NCBI GenBank assembly: GCA_039096225.1
Contig: JBBPEB010000004.1
Coordinates: 1,298,364 to 1,362,363, forward strand
From: Blastocystis sp. Blastoise
Taxonomy: Eukaryota > Protista > Bigyra: Opalinata
Direction of reading: 5' to 3'
Length of the DNA stretch: 64,000 nt
Below are positions 44,201 through 63,838 of this stretch, one piece after another. Under the pieces are notes generated by a model that was not told where the DNA came from, did not search any database, and saw only the letters and a list, made by a program, of their open reading frames with translations. A program made the position numbers and the translations under genes. The first letter of the stretch is position 1; every line of letters begins with the position of its first letter.

Positions 44201-45869
44201 TCATTGAGATGACACAGAAAGCCACAAAAGAACACCATACATGTTTGGAGACCAGCAATATAAAAAAAAATGAAAAAACACAACCCATGATAGGTGAATT
44301 AACCCTTTAGACTATATAAAAAATAATAAAATGAATAGAATGAATATATAAATACCTTGTAGATTGTTTGAACACATTAAAACCAACAAGAAAGGAAACC
44401 AACACAGAGAATACCCATCAGGGTTACTAACAAAAATTTCTAAATAAATAGGTAATATTAAATAACTAATAAAATAGAATACATACCATTTTAAGCACTT
44501 TTTGAAGAACAGCAAAAGGAATGGAGATTTTGAAGAATGGAGAGACTACAAGACCTAAGAATGAGACAGCTAGGAGATATAGAGATAATAAATAGATAAC
44601 ATACATAATTAATTAAAAAGATAAAGTTTTGATAAATATATAAGATAAATAAATAATGAAATTTGAAATTGTTTTTAGTGAAGACAAAAGAAAAGTGTCA
44701 TTATAAATAAGAATCACGATTTCATGAATGGATCTCGTTATAATTTGAATAAATTTTATGTTTTTTTTAAAACTTGTTTTTTAAAAATAGTTTTTCTTTA
44801 GATAATGTGTTGTTTTAAATATAAATGTGTTTTTGAATGTTTATAATAACTCAAGATGTAAACATTATTAGTAAATTTATTTTATTGAATTATTTTATAG
44901 ATAAAAAAATAGTGATCCGTGACAAAAAGCTTTAATAAAGAGTATTTAGCATATATTATAGACTTATAAAGCAATTCAAGATGAAAATGAGTTCAAATAT
45001 TGTTTAATTATTGATATTAAGAGATAAAAAGGTGATGTTTATAATTGTATTTCAAATGAGTTTATTGAGTTTATATTGAGTTGATAGAGCTTATGCTTGA
45101 TAGAATAGAGTTGATTTAGATTTATTTATTATTAAACAGTGAATGGATTGACAATGTTAACTTTTTATTGATTAAATGATTATAAATTGTGTTTAAAATA
45201 GTATATAGAGATAAAAAAATAAAAAAATAATTTATATTATAATGATATTTATAAAAGAATATTAAAAATGTAAAACACAGATCGTTGTTTTATTCGTTTA
45301 CGGTAAAAGTTAAATGAATCCGTATAATTTTATTTTAATTCTTGAAATATAGAAAAAATTGACACTTGGTCTTTGATTTATTTTTTTTTTAAGTTATGTG
45401 TTGCTGTGATGTTTTATTCAGATTGAATATATTAAATTCAATAAATAAACAATGTTCCGCTTCAATATTTAGTATATATTTTATATATTATTTTAGTTAA
45501 TTGTATTCTTTTGTTTAGGTTGCATGATTATTTAAGATTTGGTCTGTTATTGTGTTATAGAATAGGTCAATATAATGTTTCAAATAACATATTGGATTAA
45601 AGAAATACTTTTAGTATGCATTTCTATTTTGAATTAGTTTTATTTATTTTATATACATATATTTTATAGTATTAAAATGATTAGAGAGTATATCACGTAG
45701 TTATCGTGATTATTAATTGAATTCCGTATTGTATTTTGATGAATTAATTGTAATATATATATATATTTTTTTTTAATTTCTTATTTATTTTAATTTTTAA
45801 TTAAAATTATTATTTAAATTAATTCATTTATATTAGAGTTATTTAATTATTATTCTTTTTATATTTTAT

Positions 45870-45970
<101 letters not shown>

Positions 45971-46052
45971 TTAAAGATTCAAACGAGTTTTAAAATTAGA
46001 TTTTGATTTTTTTTTAAGACATTTATATTTTTTAATTTTAATGTAATGAATA

Positions 46053-46092
<40 letters not shown>

Positions 46093-46429
46093 TTATTATA
46101 TATATAGGAAATAATTAATTCAACTGTATTATTTATTGTGTTGGTAATAATACAGAAATAAATTGCTAATAAGTTACTTACTCATTATATATATGAGGAA
46201 TAGAGTATATATAAATATATATTACTTATTATATATAATAGATGTGTTGTTATGATGGTGTTTAAATATATAAATATTGTAAATATCTTTTTTATCTCCT
46301 TCAACACATATATTCTTTTATCTATTTATTTTTTTATTATTATATTTGTTCTTATTATAATTATTTTTTTATTATATATATATAGTTAACAAATAAAGAT
46401 ATTGATATATTAAACGAATCTGTTCATAA

Positions 46430-46460
<31 letters not shown>

Positions 46461-46516
46461 GAATACATTCAAACTATTACTATTATATGTAAATTACTCA
46501 CTCTCCTCACTAATCA

Positions 46517-46557
<41 letters not shown>

Positions 46558-47213
46558 AAAAAAAAGAACTGATAAGAAATATATATATATATATATATAG
46601 AAACAAAAACAATTGAGATGTTATTAACTAGATAGTTATTTGAATGTTATCCTTATTTATATTTATATATCCTATATTTGGTCTTTATTATTTAAAATGG
46701 AATTATTTTTAGAAATAAATTGAATATTACATTTGAATTGCTAGTTTTGAAAATAAATAATATTGGAATTATTTTTGTGTTAAAAGATATCTTATTAATT
46801 AATATATAGATGTAAATATATCGATTTATATACAATATATTATATTATCTAAAAAGAAAAGAAATAGGATATTATATATAGTTTAAAAAAATATAAGATA
46901 GCTATAAATTTATTATTAAATATTTTAAACTTATATATATATTGAAATATCGATTATAAATGAAGGAAGAACTATTCTATAGGTATATATATATACTTAT
47001 TATAGTTATAATTAATATATTTATTCTTATTATAGTTTTATGTTATTTTTATATATTTTATATAGTCATAAAAAAATTAATACATCTTGAATATTATTAT
47101 TCTATTCTCCTATTAATGTAGTTACTTATATTCTTCTATTTAATAAATAATATATGAGATTATTTTTATTGATTTCCTAAATAAGAAATCTTATGGTTAT
47201 AAAATAGTTTATG

Positions 47214-49806
<2,593 letters not shown>

Positions 49807-49988
49807 TATATATTATTATTATTTTTTCTTTTTGATATGTATATATAATTTTCATTTATATTTCTTGTAAATTATTTTATAATTATATTGTATATATGTA
49901 TATTTATTTAAAGTCAACAAAAAAGAATACATAAGAAATAGTAATTATAAATATATTTATTAAAAATATCATATATACATAAAATAAT

Positions 49989-50683
49989 TTATTTTTCTTT
50001 ATTTAGGTGATATAAGAAGAATTTATTAACGTTTAATTGTTCAGAATCTAAATCTATATTATCATAATCAAAATTTCTATATATATATAAAAGTTATTAT
50101 TGTATATATATATATATATACAAGTTTCTAATATGTTTTATATTTTTTTGAAACATATTATATTCTTTGATAAATTGTTTAATCATTCCAAATATAAGAA
50201 TTGCATTGTTATTATCATAAGATTTATCACACTTTATATATAATATTTTTTTATTTATATATATATATATAAGTATATATATATATATACTTTTTTATAT
50301 TGAACAATAATTTTTGATGTATTAGTTTTAAATAATCTATATATATATATATATATATATAGATAATTCTATTAAAATAATTAAATATACTTTTTCATTT
50401 GATTAATTATTTGATTGAGATATTTATCATTTCCATCTTCAATATCAAAGAAATTGTATATATTAATTGTAAGTGTTTTCTTTTTATCACCATTTGTCAG
50501 TTTATTAATTATTAAATAATATCTATCTTTATTTCTATAATAATAATAATAATAATATATATATATATAGATGAATACTTTAAATAGATTGTAAATATAA
50601 AAAATATTGGTGAATTGGAATTAAAATGAATCTGAATTTCATCAGATATATTATATAACTATATATATATTATTGTTAATAAT

Positions 50684-50718
<35 letters not shown>

Positions 50719-52967
50719 AGAATCATTAATAAAATCATTATAATTATAGTAGTTATGAATGAATAAATTTATATTATTGGCTGTTACAATTTGGTTATAA
50801 ACATTTAAATATAAATATAAATCAAATAATTCACTTGGAAAAGATCCTTCATGTAAGAATGTATACTATATATATTATATTATATTATATTATATTATAT
50901 TATATTATATTATATTATATTATATTATATTATATTATATTATATACATATTGTTTTTCATTAACTATTATCTCATTATCTATATATATATATTATATTA
51001 TATTATATAATACTAATTAGATTATATGTTTGTTTATTATTTATTTGTATAGGATCATTTTCATATTGACTATTTTGACTATTATTATAACAACTAGCTG
51101 TATATATATATATATATAAATATTATATTATTATATTATATACATTATATATATATATATTATATTATATTATATTATATATATATATACAAATATTAAT
51201 ATTATCATTTGAATAATTTATAGATAAATTTGATGATTGATTATGAATTTCTTTGCTTATATCATTATTTTCAGATAATGAAGTATAATCATATACATCA
51301 GTAGGTATTATATTATCAGCATTAATATTATCAATATTATATTTAATAGATGATTGTATATTAGAATTATTAGCTGAAATTATATTAGCTGAAGATTGGT
51401 TATTATTTTGAATAACTTTAGATGCATATTCATTAGTATTTTGAAGTTTTTGGAAAGAAATATTATTACTATTACTAATTATTGGATTAGCCAAATTATT
51501 ATTGATATTATTTAATAAGATATTAGGAGATGAAGAAATTATATTATCATTACTACTAATTATTGGATTTAATGAATTATTGTAATTGATTGATGAATTA
51601 AGATAGTTATTATTATTTATTAATGGATTTGAAGAACTGTTATGATTAATGAATGAATTAGAAGAATTATTATTATTTTGATTATTAATATTGATTGATG
51701 AATTAAGATAATTATTATTATTGATTGATGAATTAAGATTGTTGTTATTATTGATTGATGAACTAAGATAATTGATATTATTGATTGATGGATTAGAAGA
51801 ATTGTTATAATTGATTGATGTACTAGATAAATTATGATTATTATTTACTATTGGATTAGATAAATTATGATTATTATTTGATATTGGATAAGAAGAATTG
51901 TTATAATTGATTGATGTATTAGATAAATTATGATTATTAGTTGATATTGGATAAGAAGAATTGTTATAATTGATTGATGTATTAGATAAATTATGATTAT
52001 TAGTTGATATTGGATAAGAAGAATTGTTATAATTGATTGATGTATTAGATAAATTATGATTATTATTTACTATTGGATTAGATAAATTATGATTATTATT
52101 TGATATTGGATAAGAAGAATTATTAATGAATGAATTAGAAGAATTATTATTATTTTGATTATTATTGTTGATTAATGGATTAGATAAATTATTTATTATT
52201 TGCTTAGAAGAATTATCATTGATAGAATTATCACTATTGGAAATGATAGAAATATTAAACTGATCAATATCTTCAACAGAATTATGAATACTTGGAATTG
52301 GAGAATAATAATTATTTAATATATTATTATTATTTAGATTATATTGATTATTTAATGAATCATTTATACTATAATTATTATCATTGTTATTAGAATTAAA
52401 TGAAGGAAGAAGAAGAGGAGAAATAAGTTCTATACTTTTTTTATTTTCATCATCATTCATACTATTGAACTTTATAATGGGAGATATAATTATAGGAGAT
52501 ATTTGTTGATCTGATAATTTAATATATTTATTTTCATTGTTACAATTATTTATTTTAGCACTATCTTTTGATTCCATCTATGGGATACATATGATAATAT
52601 GAATAATATGAATATGAATATGAATATGAATATGAATATGAATATGAATATGAATATGAATATGAATATGAATATGAATATGAATATGAATATGAATACA
52701 TATGGATAATATGAATATACATGAATAATATGAATATGAATACATATGGATAATATGAATATGAATATGAATATGAATATATATGAATATGAATATATAT
52801 GGATAATATGAATATACATGAATAATATAAATAATATCGATAATAAAAATAATATGGATAATATTGATAATATGAATACTTTAGATGATATATCTTCTTT
52901 TGATTCAATATAACGATTTATATCATAATTGAATGTACACTTTCTAACCAGTAATTCATATGAGCAA

Positions 52968-53049
<82 letters not shown>

Positions 53050-54387
53050 ACATACTAAAGCTTCATGAATGGTTATTAGGTTACCATCTATGTCTCTTTC
53101 TGGGACAAAATAATTCATTTCTTTAGCGAATTGTTTATCCAGGACATAATCAATGAATACTTTTATACCAAGCTCAGAAGTACATAAATCATTTAATTTA
53201 AAATCATTATTATTATATATAGTTTTATATTTTATATTTAGATTATAGTATTTGTCATGAACATCATTTGTATGATGGCAACTTCTGATGAAACTTTGGC
53301 AATAAAGAGGATTAACACAATTTGTTCTTCCAAACCAAGTGGCAAAACAATGTCTATAGGAATAACCTGAGTGATCTTTAGGTATGTTACTAAATAATTT
53401 TTTTAATTGATGTTTACAACTATATAGGTATATAAGTTATATAATATATATATATATATATAGATTTAGATAAATATATATATATAGGTGTATACATAGT
53501 GGGATAGGTACTATATGTGAATTGGGATGCTACATAATTACTATTAGTATTTGGTTTTCGTATATATAGGAATAAATTTGTTGTATATTCAATATCATTA
53601 TCTTTTAAATATTCACATATTTGATTTCTTATAATTATATATTTATCATATATCTTTTGAAATTTTTCGCATAAAATATATATATCAGGAAATTTTTTGC
53701 CGTCAGAATAAGGAATATTTCCATTCTTAGATCCTGTATGTATTATATATATATATTCTTTTTTAGTATTTTCATTTCTATATTTCTTTAGGTTTTCAAA
53801 TAATTTCAAATTATATATATCATTATTTCTAAGTGGACAGCCTGTGCAAGTCTGAAGGAGATACATCATAAGAATCGTAATAGTATGAAATTTTTTTATA
53901 TATATATCATTAATATTTTTCTTATTATTAATTTCTTCTATATATATATTAATTTTTTCAAATAATGTTCTAATTATATTGTAGTAATCTTGTAAAGAGA
54001 TAAGAGCTTCCATTTTCTTTTTCTTATTCAAATCCTCAAAAGCTTTACTATCATTTTTACTAATGAAATTGCTATCTGTAATCATAACTGAAGACTTGTG
54101 AGTAATATATGTTAGTGTTTCTTTTATTATATCTTTCATTTTATTATCTATATATACATTTTTTCTTTCTATATAGGTAATTATAGATCTTATCTCTTGT
54201 ATTCTATTATGAAGGGTTTTTGGACAATTTGATCTGGGCAGAATATTTAGAGTAACGTATTTATATATAAAATCAGGAAATAGTAAAATATTCAAACCAT
54301 AATGATCAAGTTCTTCCTGATATAATACAAAAGCAAAATTGATTATATCACAAATACTAAGCATAATTTCATAACTATATATATATA

Positions 54388-54422
<35 letters not shown>

Positions 54423-54741
54423 GATACAAAATTTGTTTCTCAGATAGAGAATATATAGATATATCCGGTATTTTATCCTCAACCCCGTTTTCATAGAAGT
54501 CTCCAGTAATCACAGATTTAATTAAAGGTAAAGCATATTTTATAAATATTTTTGTATTTGTATCCATTAGTAGAATTCTTTTTCTACTACACTTTCTTTG
54601 ATATTTCCAATATTTTATTATATTATATAGGCGACTAATATCATCATCACTTAATCGTTCTGGTAAAAAGCAACCAAGAAGATTTTTATTTATTTCTAAT
54701 GATTTCTCACCAAGATTTATTTTTTCATTTAATTTTACAGG

Positions 54742-54820
<79 letters not shown>

Positions 54821-55122
54821 TTCTTAATTCTTGAATTGTATTTAATGATTCTTCATTATTGTTATTTTTCTTAAGTATCTAGAATTATTATATTTTTAAA
54901 TGTATATACATATAATATATATATAGATACATATCCTAATTGCAGATATATATAGGTTTGAAGATCCAAATCTTTTACAAGTAGTGGGTTAGTAATAATC
55001 TATAAATTAAAATTAAAATAAATATGATTATTATTTAAATATATACATGTTTAGTATAGTTTGTATCCGAGTTCAAAATTAAATTACACAAATTATTCAT
55101 AAAATCCTGTATATATATATTA

Positions 55123-55158
<36 letters not shown>

Positions 55159-55525
55159 GATTTTAAATATACTTCATTATCATCAAGATTTATTTTGTAT
55201 TGCTTCAAAAAATTATATATTTCTGATCTTATCTATTGAGTATATATATATATAAATCAAAAAATATTATTTTAAAATATATTTATACTTCTTCATCTAT
55301 TTCATTATTATTCTTAATTATATTTTGAATATCTATATATCGTATGAATTATAATAATAATAATGCATTTAATATATAAACAATTATTACTTGATAATGT
55401 ATATAGAAATGTTTTGAGTTCTTCTGAACTTATTAGAATTTCTTCATCATCTTCTTCTTCATTATTTTTAATTGCTAGTGGTATATAGTCTATTTTATTC
55501 TTATTTGATATCATTTTCCCATTAT

Positions 55526-55603
<78 letters not shown>

Positions 55604-57084
55604 GTGAGTCTATATCAATTACATTATCTTGAATTTCGTCATTATTCTTGTTAGAATTGAATTTATAAGATTGATTATTATTTATCTTAATAGAATCATA
55701 TTCTTTATTATCTATAGATTTCTTTTTTATTTTTATATTTTTATGTAGAATCGGTGAAAGAAATGATGCTTCAATAGGAAATTCATGACAAGCAGGTAAT
55801 TGTTTATTTATAGAATTGGGATTACATTGATTATTTAAATTATTATTAGATATAGTAGATTTAATAGAATTATTAGAAATTGATATAGGTGGAGAAGGAG
55901 ATGAATGAAAATTATTGATAGATGAATTATTATTATGATTATTATTAAAAGTTGATATAGGTGGAGAAGGAAATGAATGAAATTTATTGATAGATAAATC
56001 ATTATTATTATTATTAGAAATTGATATAGGTGGAGATAGAGATGAATGAGATTTATTGATAGATGAATTATGATTATGATTATTATTAAAAATTGATATA
56101 GGTGGAGAAGGAGATGTATGAAATTGATTAATAGATGAATTATTATTATTATGATTATTATTAAAAATTGATATAGGTGGAGAAGGAGATGATATAGAAG
56201 ATGGAGATGAATTAAATTTATTGATAGATGAATTATTATTATGATTATTATTAAAAATTGATATAGGTGGAGAAGGAGATGAATGAAAATTATTAATAGA
56301 TGAATTATTATTATGATTATTATTAAAAATTGATATAGGTGGAGAAGGAGATGATATAGAAGGAGATGAATTAAATTGAATAGAATGAATAGAAGGAGAT
56401 GAATGAAAATTATTGATAGATGAATTATTATTACGATTATTATTAAAAATTGATATAGGTGGAGAAGGAGATGATATAGAAGATGAAGATGAATTAAATT
56501 TATTGATAGATGAATTATTATTATTATGATTATTATTAAAAATTGATATATGTGGAGAAGGAGATGATATAGAAGGTGAAGATAAATTAAATTGAATAGA
56601 ATGAATAGAAGGAGATGATATAGAAGGTGAGTAATATAGATCACTATTCATATATAATGGATTAGGGTCTTTAGATAAAGGACTAGGAGGAAAAGAAGAA
56701 GAAGAAGAATCATCGATTAAAATTGTATTAAAATTATTATTTAATATTTTTTTATTTTGTTTTTGAAATTTATTGTTATTTGAAGATGAGATTTTTTTTT
56801 TAGGTGTACTTGATTGACGAGTTTTTTCATAAGTAGAATCAATAGATAATTGTTGAGTTTCTAGTATATCATTTTTAAAACGATTGTTATTTTTTTTGAT
56901 TTTATTATTTTTAGTATTCGCTATAATTTTATTAATTGATATATAGATTTATTAATAATAATATATAAAATATTTTGATATTAGATACAATCAAATTGAT
57001 TAATACTTATTTGGTTTTGCTATATAAAAATAAATAATTTATTTATCATGTATTATGTATATTATATCATACAATTCTTTTCAT
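49989..57084 (-). CDS. Second copy of the tyrosine recombinase gene, lacking two introns
   Basis: Exons match copy 1; the frame reads through ..TPKKKISSS..LNNNFNTILIDD.. across the intron-less junctions at 56794/5 and 56731/2. Confidence 0.85.
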
Positions 57085-60000
57085 TACTATTAAATAAGAA
57101 AAATAAATATTGTTATTTATAACTTATTTTTTTCTGAATAGTTTTTTTTAATCAATTATATTTTAATATAAAATAAAAACTGTAAACAAACTGTATATTA
57201 ACTGTATATTAACTGTATATTAACTGTATATTAACTGTATATTAACTGTATATTAACTGTATATTAACTGTATATTAACTGTATATTAACTGTATACTAA
57301 ATAAAATTAAACTGTATATTAACTGTAAATAAACTGTATACTAAATATAATTAAACTGTATACTAAATAAAATTAAACTGTATACAAAATTTTTCTGATC
57401 AATGAATGGTTTATATATATAGGATTTAAATATATTTTTAAATATAATTATTATATATATATATATGTTTTTATATATCGTACATTATTTTTTTCCAGTT
57501 TAACAAATTTAGAATATAAATTTATAAAAACTTAATTATTTGAAAAATAAAATAATTAATATTAAACCTGTTGATATGATGACAATCAGTATCAGTATCA
57601 TTTCTATTGTTAATTATATTTATTTTTTATTGATGATTATATATATATTGTTTTTTATTTATGTATATAGTATATACTTTATAAGTCAAAAGAATAATAT
57701 TAAAAATTAATTGAAAAAATTTATAAAAGTATATTATCTATATTATGACTTATTCTATTTGAATTTGGTAGTTCTTTGACATATGACACCATTTTATTCT
57801 ATGTATATAATCTAAAGATTATAAATATATAGATGAGATTCATTTAAATATCATATTTCAGGATATAGAGCATAAAATTGTCGATGAAAAATTATAAAAA
57901 ATCTTGCATCAAAAATCATTTTTTTCAATCATAATTGATCCTATCAACTCATTCACACAAATTATAACACTTTTAAAGCTATATTATATATATACATGCT
58001 ATTTAGATATTTCTTAGTAAATATGTTTCTTTAAATTATACAAGTCAAAGAAAATCGTTTAAGAAATCGATAGTCTAAAAAATAATATCATAAAAAAAGT
58101 CATACCAACATTCATTTATTATATTTCTAGCACTTTTAAATGCTATATATATTTATGACACTGTTGTTATTCTATAATAAAAGAATTATTATTATTAAAT
58201 AAAAATTGACTGAGTTATATGACTTTTATTAAAGAGAGGCAAAAAAAAATTAAAAAGTTAGATTTCTTCTTTTCATTTTTGATACCCTAGATAATGAATT
58301 TTGAAGCAAATCTGTTCGTATGCATTTAATACATGATATAGCTTAGTAATAACTAAAAATAACAAATTTAGAAGACAAAAAAAAACAACATATTGCATTT
58401 TGACCCAATGTCGACTTGTCAAGATAAATCTATTAAAGTATTATTTCTTATGTATGGATAATGCTGTATATGAATATAAACGATATAAATTGATTTGATA
58501 ACTTTAAATAAGTCAAAAGACCCTTTTTTCAATCTTGCCAAAACTGATTCATTTTGTACGAAAATTTTATTTTTTTAAATTTCGACTTTTCTCAATGATA
58601 GATTGTCGTTATATTATGTTTGACACCAAAAAATATATCTACGTTTTATAAACTTTATATCTAGTATGCTTTTATATTATTATTCTTAAAATGGAAGACA
58701 CTATTACAATAACAAGAATAAAAAACTGATTGATCATGATTTTTAAATAATCAAGGCTACTGACCTCAGTTTTGAACTAATATGTCTTAAATATACAAAA
58801 TGTGTATCTGTATATTATTCTTGTTCGATATTGGTGTCTTTCATATATATTTAATATATTTTTATTGGTAAATGAGTTAAAAGAAACTTGAGTATGCGAA
58901 TTATTTTTTTCTAAAAATTTCAGTTTTTTAAATCTCATTCGTAAGTACTCATTTAAGTTATATTTAAAAATTATGAATATACATATGTGTACTAGATCCT
59001 TATTACTATCTATTTGATATACATATATGTTTGAATAAGGACCTTTTTCAAAACTGATGCAAATGCTGACTTGAATAGAAAAGTATAAGTGTGTTATTCT
59101 AAACACATATCATATGTATTTTAGTTTAATACACATTTTAGAAAGTATTTGGCACAGCATTCTCATTTCGAAATGTTAATTTTTCACTTTTAAAGAATCT
59201 AGTTGTAAGAAAATGTTCTACAGGTCAAAATATCTACAAAAAGTAAAAAAATGTGAATATTAATATTGTTTAATAGTGACTAAAAAGAAAATAAAAGTAA
59301 ATTGAAAAACAAATTATTTAAATAAAAAATAGAAAATAAAGAATTCTAAGAGATTTTAAGAATTCTAAAAGAAATGAAGAGAAAAATATTTTAAAAATTT
59401 TAGAGTCATTTCAAAAATCAAAAATTTAATTAGAAAAAACAATATTTTTAAATGAAATATAGCTTGTTTTCAATACATTATTATGTTATATGTAATCTTA
59501 TATTTAGTAAAAGCTCGTTTAAACAGTCATAGATACCTATATAAATTTATATGAAAAGTCATTCTTATATTATTTTTCTTAATTAATTATATGACTTTTT
59601 TTGAATACAATATTTGACCTCATAATTGAGTATATAATATATGTCACATATCAAGTGTATTCAATCAAAACCTAAAAATATATTTTAATTGCTTTGAAGA
59701 ATAGAAATGACTTTAAGATTTACTTGTTTTGTTATTTTAATAGAAATTAGATTTTAAACAAAAATATCATACTAATATATAAAAGATGATATGTGATTAA
59801 ATATGAAAACTATATTTTTGATATTATTTATTATATAATCGTTGAATGAGAAGAGTTTGTTTCTTTTTCTTTCTTTCAGTTTTTATTCTTATATTTTAAT
59901 TTCATTAGTTTATGTTATATTGATGATAAATACTATTGTAAGGTAATTTAAAAAATATATCTTTAAGTATACAATTAAGAAATAATAGGCTCATTCTTGT

Positions 60001-63000
60001 TAATTTAACTTTCATCAAAATTTTATATATCAAAAAATTGTTTATTATATATTTTGCTATGTCTATATAGTCATCCACCTTCTTTCACTTTTTTTCCTTA
60101 AATATTTTCTTATTTTCAAATATTAAACAAACAGAATTTAAACTCATTCTTAAGACATCCAACATTTGTAAATATATATTTCCTTAAAATATTCACAAGA
60201 GTTATTCATTGTTTTAGTTTCATTCAAATCAATATAAAATATTTCAATAATTTGTTTTTATTTTCTAATATTCTCTTATAATCAAGTATCAAGTGTTGTT
60301 TTACAAATTGACTAATAATCATCTTTTGTATTCATAGACTAAACGATATATTATATATTTCTATATCTACTGATAGTGTTTTATTCATGTATGATATTCT
60401 TAAATTATTATATATTTTAATTTTAAGATATATTCATTAAATTTAATTCTTAATCTTTTTTGTTTTGTTTTATTATCAAAGAATAAAGATATTTTATTTT
60501 ATATATAACATTGAAACATTAGGGTTAGGAAGCTAAACAAGTAATTTTTAAATAATAGTTACTAAAGCAAAGACACTTAAACAACACATTTGTTTTATAA
60601 CAAAAAATATAAAGTTATTTATTTTATATACTCACACCTTATTCCAATATACATATTATTATAACATACTAATATACTATAATGAATGATATATTATGTC
60701 AATAGTCTCTGATGAAATATCATCATATTTTCAACATAATGATAAACAACAATGTATATAAACAATATTCTTTTTTTGAAATTTCTTGTAAGTATTAAAG
60801 TTAATTATATGTAGTTATTATAGAATAAAAAGATATATATCAACAAATAAAGTCATTAATATAGTATTAAAAAGGATGTTTTTGATGAAATATTTTTAGT
60901 TTTGAAAATTTTTGGCTTTTTGAAATGACTTTTAATTTTATTTTTGAAATATAAAATAAATTAGTATTAAAAAAGAAATTCTTTTAAGAAAATATTTTTG
61001 TAAATTATTTTTTTTGACTTTAAGCGTCATGAATTGATTTTTTAAATATGTGCTACAATAAATATAATTTTTATAAATTTTATTAATAATGATGATTAAT
61101 AAATTATTAATTAAAAAGCGTTATTTTTTATATACTGATAACCAAATACCTATTTTTCTTATTATTTTTATTATATAGAGAGATATAGATGAGAATTTTA
61201 ATATTCAATAAATATATATATATATATATATATTATTATAGAATAGATTCTTATCATTTTGAAATATTTATGTATATATAAGATATAAAAAATAATTATT
61301 CTTTGTGTCCTATAAATATATTTTTTATTAAAATGTTCTAGTGTTATATATTTCAATAAATATTTATATTAAATTATAATACATAAAATCTATATATGTG
61401 TTAATATAAAATCACAATAGATCCAAATACTATATTTGTATTTATTATATAATGATAATATATATATATATTGTTTTATAAAATATATGTTTTAATTATA
61501 TTATATATATATATTTATTAAATGAATTTATAATTTATATTTGTATTATATGGTTTTTAATTTATATTATATTTATTATAGATTGAATTATTTTATCAAT
61601 ATTTAAGTATTATTGAATGAAAGATAAAAATTATTTTTTAATTATATTATATATATATATATATAAATTCATTTATTTATTTATATAATAAGCTAACTCT
61701 TTTTTTTAAATGATATTTATATTTATTTATAATCTATTTTTATAAATTATTTCTTTATTAGATATTCTATTAATAATATGAAATACGAAATATATATACT
61801 AATAATATATTACTCTTTGAATGAAACTTTTGTATTTATTAAAATTAATTGATTTTTTTTTAATATCTTTAATGCGATATAATTATATAATTATGTGTTA
61901 TTGATAAAAATGTTTTTATTATAATTAAGTGAAGTTAATAAAAAAGACGTATATTTCAATTTTAGAAAATATTAGATAATTTGATTCTATAAATTAGATA
62001 TATAATATATTAATAAAAATAATTTTATTTTTTGAATATATATATTAAAAATAATAAATTCTAAATAAATTTCTGATTATATTTTATATAATAATAGTTA
62101 GTTTACATTTAATATAATGAATTTTATATAACTATCATTATTTAATAATAAATAGTGTTATTTGTTAACGTAAAAAAAAATATATACAAATATTTATTAA
62201 TTAATGAATATTTATTGTATAATAGATATTTTATTTCTTTTAATAAAAATAAATATTAATTTATGAATGATATATTTTAATTATCAAAAGTAGTATTGAG
62301 AATGATTATAAATGAGAGTTTATATTGAATAGTAATTATAAAATTATATTTAAATACTTGAATAATATATAAAGATAAATATTATATATGAATTAATCAA
62401 TTTGTGAAAAATCTGTATTGAATTGTTTAATATTAGGAATACTCATATATAGTTAGTATTATTTTATATATAAATATATAATAGCTAATTATGATAATTA
62501 TATATATATATATATATAAATTCATTATATATGTAAATATATATTTGAATAATAGAAAAAATAGGATAGAAATTATTTAGTTTATTGTATATTTAAATAA
62601 TTATAAATATCCATATAATAAAATATTATTATTTTTTCTAGATATATAAATGAATATAATATATATATTTATATATAGAGAAGTAATAAAATAATAATTA
62701 TTTGACTTTATTTCTGGTTGTATGAAATATAGAATTCATAATGAGTAATAGAATTAGTAATGAATGTTTTATAAATTTTTTTATGCTATGCATTATAATT
62801 ATGTCAATTATTGCTGATATGATAGAATAATAATGAATATAAGTATATATAGGTATATATATAAATATATTATAAAAAGTAATTTAAAAACACAAAAATC
62901 TTTTAGTAACATATAAAACTTTTTGAAAAATTGATTTATTTGATAGTTTGATATGAATAGAAATAAATATTAGAATAAGTCATATGACTATTAATTGATA

Positions 63001-63630
63001 ATATAGAATTTTTAATTAATTTAAATAATTTGTATAATATTGACAATTAATCGCGATTATTTAATATTAATAAGATAATTATTACTTTAAGGTATTTTTA
63101 TAGTCACATTTTAGCTACAGTCACATAATTTTATATATATAAAATTTCTATATCAATAAATGGACACTAAAGACGACCTAAGAGTATATGATGTTATATA
63201 AGTGTTAATAAAAAGTCTATATATATAATAACACTTTTTAGAGATAATTAGTCATTTGATATTATTCGAGTGACATTCTACATATTTTTATGAAAAATCA
63301 TGATTATTATAGAAAGTGATTTATTTTAATAGATAATAACAGATTTATGATTATTTACGACAGATAGAGTATAATTAAATATATTCCCGTGATTATTTAT
63401 AAAAATTGATTATTTTTATAGACAATGATAGATTTATGATTATTTATGACCTATAGAGTGATATTTGATAAATTCCCATGATTATTTTATAAAAGGTATA
63501 GTTTTAAAGACAATGATAGATTTATGATTATTTATGTGTTCGAGAGTGATATTTGATAAATTCCCGTGATTATTTTTAAAATTGAGATATTTTAACAGAA
63601 AATGATAGATTTATGATCATATACGAAAAA

Positions 63631-63638
63631 GGTTAGGT

Positions 63639-63673
<35 letters not shown>

Positions 63674-63759
63674 GGTTAGGGTTAGGGTTAGGTTTAGGGT
63701 TAGGGTTAGGGTTAGGGTTAGGGTTAGGGTTAGGGTTAGGGTTAGGGTTAGGGTTAGGG

Positions 63760-63838
<79 letters not shown>

